Origin: Bacteroidales bacterium | Lineage (GTDB): Bacteria; Bacteroidota; Bacteroidia; Bacteroidales; UBA932 | Assembly: GCA_016286145.1 (NCBI GenBank) | Contig: JAEESD010000001.1 | Coordinates: forward strand, 1,057 to 65,056 | DNA length: 64,000 nucleotides | Reading direction: 5' to 3' | Part shown: piece by piece, positions 1 to 9,547 of the stretch | Numbering within the stretch: the stretch's first letter is position 1 | Layout of the letters: each line of letters begins with the position of its first letter | Made by a program: the position numbers and the translations under genes | The notes under the pieces: generated by a model | Told to the model about the DNA's origin: nothing | What the model saw: the letters and a program-made list of their open reading frames with translations, nothing else | Database searches by the model: none

Positions 1-1
1 A

Positions 2-82
2 TTGACCGTCGAGGCTGGAGATGAACTCCCCGTCAAGATGGCCAAAGGCGGCGGATGGGTCGCCGAATTCGTTAAGAAATGA
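2..82 (+). CDS. 3' end of probable GH97 alpha-glucosidase/galactosidase (partial)
   Basis: Frame reads LTVEAGDELPVKMAKGGGWVAEFVKK*, resembling the GH97 C-terminal 'lxmAxGGG' motif; its TGA overlaps the next ATG (ATGA). Confidence 0.6.
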   Translation: MTVEAGDELPVKMAKGGGWVAEFVKK

Positions 83-3000
83 TGAAAAAAATATTTTTCA
101 CCCTCTCTGCGCTGCTTCTGGGCGCGAATCTGCTGGCTTCCTCTTACATAGTCAGCGGCCACGTCTACGACCAGGCCGGAAAGCCAGTGGCGGAGGTGAA
201 GGTGACGGACGGATATAATTTCGTTCGTACAGACCAGCGTGGAGCCTACGAGATCGATGTCCACGACGACGCGCAGTTCGTCTACATCTCGATTCCGGCG
301 GGTTTCGAGACCCCTGAGTGGCACGGAGCCCCGCTTTTCTACCGCGAACTTACCCGCGAGGGTAAAGGCCAGACTGCAGACTTCAATATAGTCCGTACCG
401 GAGTCGATGAGACTAAACACCTTTTTGTAGTGTGGGCAGATGTCCAGGTCTATGAGGAACAGGAAATAGATTTCGTAAAGCAGGCGGCGGCAGATGCGGC
501 GCAGGTAGCAGAAGATGCGGGAGTGCCCGCGTTCGGTGTTTCCTGCGGCGATATAGTAGGCGACTGGTGGAGCGGAATGTCGGTAGACATCCAGAAAGCT
601 ACCGCCGAGGCCGGTTTTCCGTTCTTCACCCTGATGGGCAACCACGACTATAAGGGCGACGCCAGGACAGATGAAGATTCGAAAAAGTTCTACACGGATC
701 TTTTCGGCCCTACCTATTATTCTTTCGATAAGGGTAAGGTCCACTACATAGTGATGGACGATGTGTTCAACTACACCCGTCATTACATAGGCTACCTCAG
801 CCGCCATCAGCTGGAGTGGATAAAGAAAGACCTGGCCGATGTACCGGAGGGAAATCTGGTAGTTCTTTTCTGCCATATTCCTACCTACAGCTGGGCCGCT
901 CTCGAAGGAAACTGGAAAGCCGAGAAGTTCAACGACATCCTTACCAACCGTCAGGCTCTCTACGACATCCTGAAGCCTTACGACGCCCACATCTGCTCGG
1001 CCCACAAACACTTCGCCGAGAACTATGAGATAGCCCCGGGTCTGATGGAACACAACCACGCCCCGCTGAGCGGCCTCTTTTGGCAGGCGATGCTCGCTTC
1101 GGACGGAGTGCCTTGGGGCTACTACGTCTACGAAGTGGACGGACAGGAGCTGAAGTGGTATTTCAAGCCGGTAGGCCAGTCGAAAGACTGCCAGTTCAGC
1201 GCATACCGGGTGGGCGAGGATCCCGAGAAGCCGGACTGCGTTGTAGCAAATGTCTGGAACTACGACAGCAAGTGGAGGGTAGAGTGGAGCGAAAACGGAA
1301 TGCCGCGCGGCGCGATGGAGCGCTACACCGGCCACGACCGTTCGATTATGAAGGACATCCGCGACAGGCGTGAGAAAGAATACAAGTGGAAGTACCTCGA
1401 TGAGGCAAATTCCGTCCATATGTTCTGCGCAAAACCGGACAGCCCTGATTCTTTCGTAGAGATTACGGTTACAGACCGCTTCGGCAATGTCTCGAAGTGG
1501 AACAACGGAAGGCAGATATACAAGACAGACGCCTATACCTGGAATTCAGATAATGTAGTAGAAGGCAATACAGACGTTAAGGCCCAGCCGGTCCAGGCCC
1601 ATCCAGAATTCGGAAAGTATACCGGCGCCAGCCGTCTGGAAACCAGCCTCTACGATCTCGCAATCCACGAGCTGACCCTGAACAAGGAAAAGGACGGAAC
1701 CTACCGCACCGGCCAGTACTGGGGCGGAGTCTGGACCCGCGATATGTCCTACAGCACCATCCTTTCGCTGGCCCACGTAGATCCGGAGGGAATGAAGGCC
1801 TGCCTGCTCAGGAAGGTCGACAAGAAAAACCGCATAATCCAGGATACCGGTACCGGCGGGTCGTGGCCCTGCTCGACCGACCGTGAGATTTGGGCCGCTG
1901 CAGCGTGGGAAATCTACCTTGAAACGGGCAGCGACGCCTGGCTCAGGCAGGTCTACCATATCATCCGCCGCAGCCTCGAGGCAGACCGTGTAGTCGCGTT
2001 CAACCCTGCTACCGGCCTCTATCGCGGCGAGTCGTCGTTTATCGACTGGCGCGAGCAGAGCTATCCGAAGTGGATGCAGCCGGCCGATATCGCCCAGAGC
2101 GAGTGTCTGGGCACTAACGCCGTCTTCTACCGTGCGCTCGACGTGCTTGCGAAGATGGGCGAGAAGCTCGGCCACAGAAGCGATGCGAAGAAGTATGCAG
2201 CCCAGGCTGAGGCGCTGAAGTCAGCGATCAACTCCTACTTCTGGATGGAAGACAAGGGCTATTATGCCCAGTATATCTACGGCCGCGGTTCGCGCGTGCT
2301 CAGTCCCAGAAGCGAGACGCTGGGCGAAGCCCTCTGCGTCCTCTGGGACATCGCAGACGCGCGCCAGGCGGCCGCAATCCTCGAGAAGATGCCTCTTGCA
2401 CCTTACGGGCCTACCATCTTCTCGCCTCAGATTTCGGCGATCGAGAGCCCGTACCACAACAACGGCGTATGGCCTTTCGTCACGTCGTTCTACGGGCTCG
2501 CGGCCGCGAAGGCGGGGAACCGCTCCGCGCTGCTCCACGCCCTCGGTTCCAACGCGCGTGCGGCCGCGGTCTTCGGCTCCCACATGGAGAATTTAGTGGC
2601 CACGGACGGCAGCACCCGTACTGCGATGGACTCCCCGCGTCAGCTGTGGAGCATTGCGGGCTATATCGGGCTCACCCGCGGCGCCCTGCTCGGAATGAAT
2701 TACGAGCCGGGCGGAATCAGGTTCGCCCCCGTCGTGCCCGCCTCGCTCGAAGGCTCCCGCATCCTCCGTGGGCTTGAGTACCGCGATATGACGCTCGATG
2801 TCAGGGTAATCGGCGAAGGCTCGATAATCGAGAGCTTCAAGCTCGACGGCGAGTCGGCAGAACCGTTCGTCCCCAACACCCTCAAGGGCGCCCATTCCTT
2901 AGAAATATCGATGATGAGCGATTACTACGCTGCGCCCGACAAGGTTACTGTCTTGCCGGTGCAGTTCGACATCGATTACCCACGCACCAGGATCGAAGGC

Positions 3001-3555
3001 AATACCTTGAGATGGGATCCGGTAGAGGGCGCAGCATCCTATACCGTCCTTCTCGACGGCGTTGCGGTGTCGGAGACGGCCTCCAATTCGTTTGCGCTGA
3101 CCGAGGCCGGTGAATATGTGGTCATCGCCAGCACTATAGGAGGTATCCATTCCTTTATGAGCGAGCCGCTACGATATGGGCTTACGGATATTACTATCCC
3201 TTGCGAGGCTTCCCTCGGCCAGAGGAGAGGCTCGCAGCTGAAGGTGGTTCTGGCCGCCCCTGTTACCGGAACTTATTGGCTTGACTTCAATTATTCCAAC
3301 GGCAACGGCGACCTTTCAACCTTCCAGAAGTGTGCTACCCGCGCCCTGTATGTAGACGGCAAGAGGGTAGAGGCGGTAGTGATGCCGCAGAGGGGAGACG
3401 ACTGGGACGAAACCGGATGGACAAGCTGCGTCAAGCTCGAGCTTACAGCAGGCGAACACTCCTTCGAACTCAAATATATAGACGAAACTATCAATATGGA
3501 CATCGAGACCGATACGGCCTTCGTCCACTCATTAAGGTTATCATACAAAAAATAA
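79..3555 (+). CDS. Secreted calcineurin-like metallophosphoesterase fused to an (alpha/alpha)6 glycoside hydrolase (debranching/MGH1-like) and a C-terminal CBM-like domain
   Basis: Signal peptide; DVQ, GDIV, GNHD, HIP and AHKH phosphoesterase motifs; then GVWTRD, GGSWPCSTDR, GESSFIDWREQSYP, YHNNGVWPF; C-terminal YSNGNG...CATRALYVDG. Confidence 0.8.
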   Translation: MMKKIFFTLSALLLGANLLASSYIVSGHVYDQAGKPVAEVKVTDGYNFVRTDQRGAYEIDVHDDAQFVYISIPAGFETPEWHGAPLFYRELTREGKGQTADFNIVRTGVDETKHLFVVWADVQVYEEQEIDFVKQAAADAAQVAEDAGVPAFGVSCGDIVGDWWSGMSVDIQKATAEAGFPFFTLMGNHDYKGDARTDEDSKKFYTDLFGPTYYSFDKGKVHYIVMDDVFNYTRHYIGYLSRHQLEWIKKDLADVPEGNLVVLFCHIPTYSWAALEGNWKAEKFNDILTNRQALYDILKPYDAHICSAHKHFAENYEIAPGLMEHNHAPLSGLFWQAMLASDGVPWGYYVYEVDGQELKWYFKPVGQSKDCQFSAYRVGEDPEKPDCVVANVWNYDSKWRVEWSENGMPRGAMERYTGHDRSIMKDIRDRREKEYKWKYLDEANSVHMFCAKPDSPDSFVEITVTDRFGNVSKWNNGRQIYKTDAYTWNSDNVVEGNTDVKAQPVQAHPEFGKYTGASRLETSLYDLAIHELTLNKEKDGTYRTGQYWGGVWTRDMSYSTILSLAHVDPEGMKACLLRKVDKKNRIIQDTGTGGSWPCSTDREIWAAAAWEIYLETGSDAWLRQVYHIIRRSLEADRVVAFNPATGLYRGESSFIDWREQSYPKWMQPADIAQSECLGTNAVFYRALDVLAKMGEKLGHRSDAKKYAAQAEALKSAINSYFWMEDKGYYAQYIYGRGSRVLSPRSETLGEALCVLWDIADARQAAAILEKMPLAPYGPTIFSPQISAIESPYHNNGVWPFVTSFYGLAAAKAGNRSALLHALGSNARAAAVFGSHMENLVATDGSTRTAMDSPRQLWSIAGYIGLTRGALLGMNYEPGGIRFAPVVPASLEGSRILRGLEYRDMTLDVRVIGEGSIIESFKLDGESAEPFVPNTLKGAHSLEISMMSDYYAAPDKVTVLPVQFDIDYPRTRIEGNTLRWDPVEGAASYTVLLDGVAVSETASNSFALTEAGEYVVIASTIGGIHSFMSEPLRYGLTDITIPCEASLGQRRGSQLKVVLAAPVTGTYWLDFNYSNGNGDLSTFQKCATRALYVDGKRVEAVVMPQRGDDWDETGWTSCVKLELTAGEHSFELKYIDETINMDIETDTAFVHSLRLSYKK

Positions 3556-3563
3556 ATAGCTCT

Positions 3564-4358
3564 ATGAAAGTCATTATCAAAGCTTCAAGCAAGGAAGGCT
3601 CCCTCTGGGCAGCCCACCACATCGCGGCAAAAATCAACGAGAAGAAAGCCCGCACAGACGAGCCCTTCGTAATCGGACTTTGCACCGGCTCGACCCCGAT
3701 CGAGACCTATGCCGAGCTTATCAGGATGGTCAAGGCAGGAGAGGTTTCCTTCAAGAACGTCATCTCGTTCAATATGGACGAGTATGTAGGTCTTCCTGAG
3801 AACCACCCCGAGAGCTACCACTCCTTTATGCACAAGTATCTGTTTGATCAGATCGACGAACCCGCTCAGAACATTCATATCCTGAACGGCAATGCTCCGG
3901 ATCTTGACGCAGAGTGTGAGGCCTATGAGAAGGCGATTGCCGCTGCCGGCGGATTCGATCTCTTCCTCGGAGGCATCGGCGAAGACGGCCACATCGCCTT
4001 CAATGAGCCTTTCTCCCCGCTTTCGAGCCACACCCGCGTCGTGACCCTTACAGAAGACACGAGAATCGTAAACAGCCGCTTCTTCGGCGGAGATATGAAT
4101 CTCGTCCCCAAGCAGGCTCTTTCGGTAGGTGTCGCTACCGTTACCGGCGCCCGCGAGGTAGTCATCCTGGCCTTTGGTCCTAAGAAGGCCCGCGCTATCA
4201 AGGATGCAGTCGAAGGACCTTACAGCCATATGTGTACTGTCTCCGCCCTTCAGACCCACGAAAACGGCATCATCGTAGCAGACGAGGCTTCGGTAGGCGA
4301 ACTTAAAGTCAATTCTTATAAATATTTCAAGGCTGTTGAAGCAGCAGAAAAACTCTAA
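3564..4358 (+). CDS. nagB: Glucosamine-6-phosphate deaminase
   Basis: GLCTGSTP, FNMDEYVGL, GGIGEDGHIAFNEP motifs; start re-called at ATG 3564. Confidence 0.95.
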   Translation: MKVIIKASSKEGSLWAAHHIAAKINEKKARTDEPFVIGLCTGSTPIETYAELIRMVKAGEVSFKNVISFNMDEYVGLPENHPESYHSFMHKYLFDQIDEPAQNIHILNGNAPDLDAECEAYEKAIAAAGGFDLFLGGIGEDGHIAFNEPFSPLSSHTRVVTLTEDTRIVNSRFFGGDMNLVPKQALSVGVATVTGAREVVILAFGPKKARAIKDAVEGPYSHMCTVSALQTHENGIIVADEASVGELKVNSYKYFKAVEAAEKL

Positions 4359-4363
4359 TAGCA

Positions 4364-5176
4364 ATGAAGAAGTTACTTATTTGCGCGATGGCGCTTCTCT
4401 GTGTTTTGCCGCTTTCTGCGAAAAAGAGGCAGGTCGCTATAGTCGCACACCGCGGATACTGGCAGTGTGAGGCAGGAGGCAACTCCCACAACTCCATCGC
4501 TTCTCTGAAGGCGGCTCAGGACGGCAAGTTCTGGGGTAGCGAGTTCGATGTCAATATGACTAAAGACGGCGAGCTGATGGTCTTCCACGACGATGCTGTC
4601 GCAGGTATGAAGTTCATCGAGCACGATGCAGCAGAGTTTAAGGATGTACGTCTCCCCAACGGAGAAAAGATCCCTACGCTCGACCAGTATCTCAAGCAGT
4701 TCAAGAAGAATAAGAAGTGCCGCGTAGTCTTCGAACTTAAGTTTCACCCGGAGGAACTCGAAGAGGTTGCGGTAGACAAGAGTATCGAAGCTCTTAAGGC
4801 GGCAGGACTTTTTGATCCGAAGCAGACGATCTTCATCTCTTTCTCTCTCAGGCAGTGTGTGTTCTTCGCGCAGAAGTGCCCTGGATTTATAGTCCAGTAC
4901 CTCGGCTCTGATCCCGATCCCGACGTAGTCTTCGCAAACGGAGTCAACGGAGTTGATACTTATTTCGGCACCCTTTATCAGAAGCCCGACTGGTATACCA
5001 AGGCCCGCAGCCACGATATGAGTGTCAATGTCTGGACGGTAGACAAGAAAGAGGATATGCGCAAGATGATCGAGATGGGAGTGGATTACATCACCACCAA
5101 CCGTCCCGAGGACTGCCGCGCTCTTCTCAAAGAAATGAAGGTTAAAGAACTAAAAGCTGGTAAGAATTTTAAATAA
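4364..5176 (+). CDS. Secreted glycerophosphodiester phosphodiesterase (GDPD)
   Basis: Signal peptide; VAHRG, SEFDV, HD, ELK, VNVWTVD, ITTNRP. Confidence 0.9.
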   Translation: MKKLLICAMALLCVLPLSAKKRQVAIVAHRGYWQCEAGGNSHNSIASLKAAQDGKFWGSEFDVNMTKDGELMVFHDDAVAGMKFIEHDAAEFKDVRLPNGEKIPTLDQYLKQFKKNKKCRVVFELKFHPEELEEVAVDKSIEALKAAGLFDPKQTIFISFSLRQCVFFAQKCPGFIVQYLGSDPDPDVVFANGVNGVDTYFGTLYQKPDWYTKARSHDMSVNVWTVDKKEDMRKMIEMGVDYITTNRPEDCRALLKEMKVKELKAGKNFK

Positions 5177-7107
5177 TGAAACATTTTTCGCTTCCTAAAG
5201 ACGGCGGCCTTATCGAGAAAGGCCTTCCGAAAGACATCCTTCACAGTAAAGAAAGGATCTACACCGAGATTCTGGACACTCCCTATATAGCGAGCCAGAT
5301 GGTTGCAGACGAGGTCGTTGCCGCGATCAAGGCTTTCAAGCCGACCCCCGCCAAGCCTCTCTTCAAGCTTGGTCTTACGACCGGCAATTCCCCTCTTCCT
5401 CTCTACAATGACCTTCAGAGGGCCTGCACCCAGGGCGATGTTTCGTTCGCCAATGTCGAGGTCTTCTCGGTAGACGAGTACTATCCCGTTTCCCCGGACG
5501 AGGCCCAGAGCCGCAACCATCGTCTCCGCTCTGAGCTTCTCGACCACATCGACATCAAGAAAGAGAACATCCATATCCCCGACGGAACAGTTCCCGAGGA
5601 TAAGCTCTCCGAGTACTGCGCAGAGTTCGACAAGAAAGCGCGCGGGCTCGATCTCCTCGTTATCGGTGTAGGCGAGCAGGGCCAGGTCGGATTCAACGAG
5701 TCCTGGACAGACCGCGGAAGCCGCACCCGTGTCGTTCTCCTGCCTTACCAGTCCCGCAAGCGTCAGTCCCGCAACTTCAACGGAGACCTTGTCCAGACTC
5801 CTTCGCAGGCCATCACGATGGGTATCTCGACTATGATGTCCGCTTCCAAGGTCATCCTTATGGCCTGGGGCGAAGATAAGGCCGATATGGTCCAGAAGAT
5901 AGTGGAGAAGAAGATCGATCCCGACTACCCGGCTTCGTTCTTCCAGATGCACGACAACGTCAAGCTCTATGTAGACGAGAACTCAGGCGCGAACCTCCTC
6001 AGGATGGTCGCTCCCTGGTGTATCGGCCCCTGCGAGTGGACTCCCAAGTTTATCCGTAAGGCCGTTATCTGGCTTTGCGATACCGTCCACAAGCCTATTC
6101 TGAAGCTCTCCCTCCAGGATTATCTCCAGAACTCTCTCGGACAGCTCGTAGAGCAGTACGGACCTTATTCCGATATCAACATCAAGGTTTTCAACGACCT
6201 TCAGCACACTATCTCCGGCTGGCCGGGCGGCAAACCCAACGCAGACGATTCAACCCGTCCCGTGGCTTCGAAGCCCTTCCCGAAGACCGTGCTTATTTTC
6301 TCTCCGCACCCGGACGATGATGTCATCTCGATGGGCGGTACCTTCATCCGCCTGGCTCATCAGGGCCACAACGTCCACGTCGCCTACGAGACCTCGGGCA
6401 ACGTAGCGGTCCACGACGATGTAGTTATCCAGCATATGGACGCCGCCCGCGAACTGGGCTTCGGCGACCGTGTAGACGAGGTTCAGAAACTCGTGGCCTC
6501 GAAGGTCCCGGGCGAGCCCGAACCGCGTGCGCTGCTCGATATCAAGGCGGCCATCCGTCGCTCCGAGGCCAAGGGCGCTGTCCATTCCTTCGGCCTGGAC
6601 TATTCCCATGCCCACTTCCTCAACCTCCCGTTCTACGAGTCCGGCGGCATCAAGAAGCTCCCGCGCTCGCAGGCCGATGTTGATATCATCAAGAACCTCC
6701 TTAAAGAGTTGAAGCCGGATATGGTGTTTATGGCCGGCGACCTTGCCGATCCTCATGGAACACACCGCGTATGTACGGAGTGCGCGCTCGAGGCGATGGA
6801 GCAGCTCAAGGACGAGGGAGTCGAGTGGATCGCCGGTTCCCATGTCTGGCTCTATCGTGGAGCATGGATGGAGTGGGAGCTCGGCCGCGTGGATATGGCA
6901 GTTCCGCTGAGTCCGGATGAGGTCGTAGAGAAGAGACACTCTATCTACCATCACCTTTCTCAGAAGGATATCGTTCCGTTCCCGGGCGATGATCCTCGCG
7001 AGTTCTGGCAGAGGGCCGAGGAGCGTACCGAAGGTACCGCGAAACACTACGACGCCCTCGGAATGGCCGAGTATCAGGCAATCGAGGTCTTCCTGAAGCT
7101 GTGGTAA
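5176..7107 (+). CDS. Long NagB-like domain fused to a PIG-L/LmbE-family deacetylase
   Basis: N-terminal GLTTGNSP, DEYYP, GQVGFNE; C-terminal FSPHPDDD and DLADPHGTHR zinc-deacetylase motifs. Confidence 0.85.
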   Translation: MKHFSLPKDGGLIEKGLPKDILHSKERIYTEILDTPYIASQMVADEVVAAIKAFKPTPAKPLFKLGLTTGNSPLPLYNDLQRACTQGDVSFANVEVFSVDEYYPVSPDEAQSRNHRLRSELLDHIDIKKENIHIPDGTVPEDKLSEYCAEFDKKARGLDLLVIGVGEQGQVGFNESWTDRGSRTRVVLLPYQSRKRQSRNFNGDLVQTPSQAITMGISTMMSASKVILMAWGEDKADMVQKIVEKKIDPDYPASFFQMHDNVKLYVDENSGANLLRMVAPWCIGPCEWTPKFIRKAVIWLCDTVHKPILKLSLQDYLQNSLGQLVEQYGPYSDINIKVFNDLQHTISGWPGGKPNADDSTRPVASKPFPKTVLIFSPHPDDDVISMGGTFIRLAHQGHNVHVAYETSGNVAVHDDVVIQHMDAARELGFGDRVDEVQKLVASKVPGEPEPRALLDIKAAIRRSEAKGAVHSFGLDYSHAHFLNLPFYESGGIKKLPRSQADVDIIKNLLKELKPDMVFMAGDLADPHGTHRVCTECALEAMEQLKDEGVEWIAGSHVWLYRGAWMEWELGRVDMAVPLSPDEVVEKRHSIYHHLSQKDIVPFPGDDPREFWQRAEERTEGTAKHYDALGMAEYQAIEVFLKLW

Positions 7108-7118
7108 TGAGGTAGGGG

Positions 7119-7284
7119 CCGCGAGGTTGGCAGTCTCCGGCGGAACTCCGGTCGCTTTGCTCCCTCCGGCCCCTTCCATCCTATCCTTCGTCATCGCTTC
7201 GCGATAACTTGTCTAGGACGGACGCCTACCCCCTGCCCGTGTCCGGGGGTGGACACGTCCGCCGGAGACCGCCAACCATCGCGG
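7119..7284. repeat. Structured intergenic repeat element, copy 1 (REPIN/MITE-like)
   Basis: About 26-bp terminal inverted repeats (7119-7144 / 7258-7284); core is the reverse complement of the element at 30023-30184. Confidence 0.85.
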
Positions 7285-7333
7285 GGATTGTCATTTCGAA
7301 TGAGACTTCTCCTGGTTAAGATTATTGTTTTTT

Positions 7334-8161
7334 ATGGCAGTTGACCTATCAAGAATCAAGCACGTTGCTCTGGATATGGATGGAACGATCTATTTGAGCA
7401 ACACGAGGTTTCCGTTTACGCTGGATTTTTTGGCGGGGTTGACGGAGATGGGGATTACGTATTCGTTTTTGACGAACAACCCGTCGAAGTCGCTCTCGGA
7501 TTATTTGGCGAAACTGCGGAAGATGGAGATTCCTTGCAGCGAGGAGCAGATGTATACGACGACTATTGCGATGATAGATTATATCAAAGCGGAGTATCCG
7601 TCGGCGCGAAGGCTGTTCCTGCTGGGAACTCCGTCGATGATTTCGCAGTTTGAGGAGGCGGGGTTCATTTCGTGCGCAGATTCGCCGGATGATGTGCCGG
7701 ATATTGTGGTTGCGGCGTTTGATATGACTTTGCAGTATTCGAGGCTTTGCCGGGCTGCGTGGTGGGTAAAGCAGGGACTGCCTTATCTGGCAACCAATCC
7801 GGACAGGGTGTGTCCTACGGATCAGCCGACGGTGTTGGTTGATTGCGGGTCTATCTGCAAGTGTATCGAGCACGCGACTGGCAGGAAACCGGACAAGGTT
7901 CTGGGAAAGCCCGATCCGGAGATGCTGGCGGGAATAGAGCGCCGGCAGGGGCTGGAGCCATCGCAGATCGCGATGGTGGGCGACCGCCTGTATACCGATA
8001 TCGCGATGGCTCGCGCGGCCGGCGCGGTGGGTGTGCTGGTTCTCAGCGGTGAGTCTACCCTCGCCGATGTCGAGGCCGCTCCCGCCGAGTCCAAACCCGA
8101 CCTCGTCTGCCGCGACATCGCCGAATTTGGGAACTTACTTAGAAAGGCGCGTGGTGAGTAA
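7334..8161 (+). CDS. HAD subfamily IIA (NagD-like) phosphatase
   Basis: DMDGT, LTNNP, TNPD, GKP, MVGDRLYTDI, VLSG. Confidence 0.9.
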   Translation: MAVDLSRIKHVALDMDGTIYLSNTRFPFTLDFLAGLTEMGITYSFLTNNPSKSLSDYLAKLRKMEIPCSEEQMYTTTIAMIDYIKAEYPSARRLFLLGTPSMISQFEEAGFISCADSPDDVPDIVVAAFDMTLQYSRLCRAAWWVKQGLPYLATNPDRVCPTDQPTVLVDCGSICKCIEHATGRKPDKVLGKPDPEMLAGIERRQGLEPSQIAMVGDRLYTDIAMARAAGAVGVLVLSGESTLADVEAAPAESKPDLVCRDIAEFGNLLRKARGE

Positions 8162-8270
8162 CGTCCTAGTAATCAACAAATTGCAAAAAGTCGACTCCGA
8201 AAAACGCAGAGCCGAGTTTTAGTAAATTATTTATAATCAGCGTCTTACGCATTACGCTACGGTTTCGCAT

Positions 8271-9239
8271 ATGAACAGTTTTGGACATAATTTCAGGGTG
8301 ACGGTGTTCGGGGAGTCCCACGGACCGGTTGTCGGGGTCGTGATGGACGGAGTACCGGCAGGAATTGAGCTCTGCGAAGAGGATTTCGCGGAGGATATCG
8401 CCAGAAGAGCTCCGGGCGCAGAGGGCACGACTGCACGTAAGGAGGCGGATACTCCGAAGATACTCAGCGGAGTGTTCAACGGCCATACGACAGGAGCGCC
8501 TCTCACTATTGTTTTCGAAAATGAGAATACCCGCCCGGAGGATTATGCCCAGTTTGCGGCGATCCCGCGGCCTGGGCACGTGGACTTTGTTGCGGCCGTC
8601 AAGTTTGACGGCTCAAACGATCCGCGTGGCGGCGGCCACTTCGCCGGCCGCCTGACGCTCCCCATCGTCGCCGCCGGTGTTGTCGCTAAAAAGCTGCTGG
8701 ATGGGATAGATTTTTCGTCACAGTTGGTGGCTCTGGGTGGTTCTGAAGACCCTGACAAATGGTCTGAGCTGATTGCCCAGGCCGCAAAGGAAGGCGATTC
8801 CCTGGGCGGAGTCGTCGAGTGCAAAGTGACGAATCTCCCTATCGGCGTCGGCGAACCGTTCTGGGACAGCGTTGAGTCTATGCTCTCCCACGCGGTGTTC
8901 GCGATTCCCGGTGTCCGTGGAATCGAATTCGGCGACGGATTCAAGGCGGCGGCTATGAAGGGCTCCGAGCATAACGACCCGTTCGGGCCTGAAGGGCCGG
9001 TGAAGAATGGCGCGGGAGGGGTGAACGGCGGCCTTACCAACGGCGCGCCGCTGGTGCTGCGCGTCGCCTTCAAGCCGACGTCCTCTATCGCCCGCGCCCA
9101 GCGGACGTGGAACTATGAGACCGAAGCGGAGGAAACGCTCGAGATCCGCGGCCGCCACGACGTGTGCTTTGCCCGGCGCTGCCCCGTGATAGTGGAGGCT
9201 ATGGCCGCGATTGTTTTGGAAGACCTTTTGGCACTGTAG
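8271..9239 (+). CDS. aroC: Chorismate synthase
   Basis: MNSFG...FGESHG, RPGH, FKPTSSI, GRHD. Confidence 0.95.
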   Translation: MNSFGHNFRVTVFGESHGPVVGVVMDGVPAGIELCEEDFAEDIARRAPGAEGTTARKEADTPKILSGVFNGHTTGAPLTIVFENENTRPEDYAQFAAIPRPGHVDFVAAVKFDGSNDPRGGGHFAGRLTLPIVAAGVVAKKLLDGIDFSSQLVALGGSEDPDKWSELIAQAAKEGDSLGGVVECKVTNLPIGVGEPFWDSVESMLSHAVFAIPGVRGIEFGDGFKAAAMKGSEHNDPFGPEGPVKNGAGGVNGGLTNGAPLVLRVAFKPTSSIARAQRTWNYETEAEETLEIRGRHDVCFARRCPVIVEAMAAIVLEDLLAL

Positions 9240-9280
9240 ACTAAAATGCTTACATTTGAGGCATATAACGAAACAAGACG

Positions 9281-9532
9281 ATGAAACACGACGATTTGAA
9301 TCTTTGGTGGACATCACTTTCGGTAGCGCAGAAGGAGCGCGTCGCAAAGAAAGGCCTTACGAAATTTGCAGGCGAGAAAAAACCTGCCGAGAATGAATAT
9401 CAGTATCCCGCTTGTACTATCTGGTGGAACTCCCTTCCGGAAGAGCAGAAGACCTGGATACACGATCACTGTGTAAATAAACACGGCTATGTCCTGCAGG
9501 AGTGGGACGAGGCTAATCCCTACGGAGACTAA
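9281..9532 (+). CDS. Small hypothetical protein with an internal WWxSLxxxQK repeat
   Basis: 83-aa ORF co-oriented with neighbours; LWWTSLSVAQK and IWWNSLPEEQK. Confidence 0.65.
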   Translation: MKHDDLNLWWTSLSVAQKERVAKKGLTKFAGEKKPAENEYQYPACTIWWNSLPEEQKTWIHDHCVNKHGYVLQEWDEANPYGD

Positions 9533-9547
9533 CCAAATATCGATCAT

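Noticed and set aside
3330-3563. N-terminal extension of nagB in the ORF track
   Set aside because: Overlaps the upstream gene out of frame; NagB homology begins at ATG 3564.
8162-8270. AT-rich spacer with two TAATCA-containing motifs, possibly recombinase sites
   Set aside because: Too short and degenerate to support by eye.
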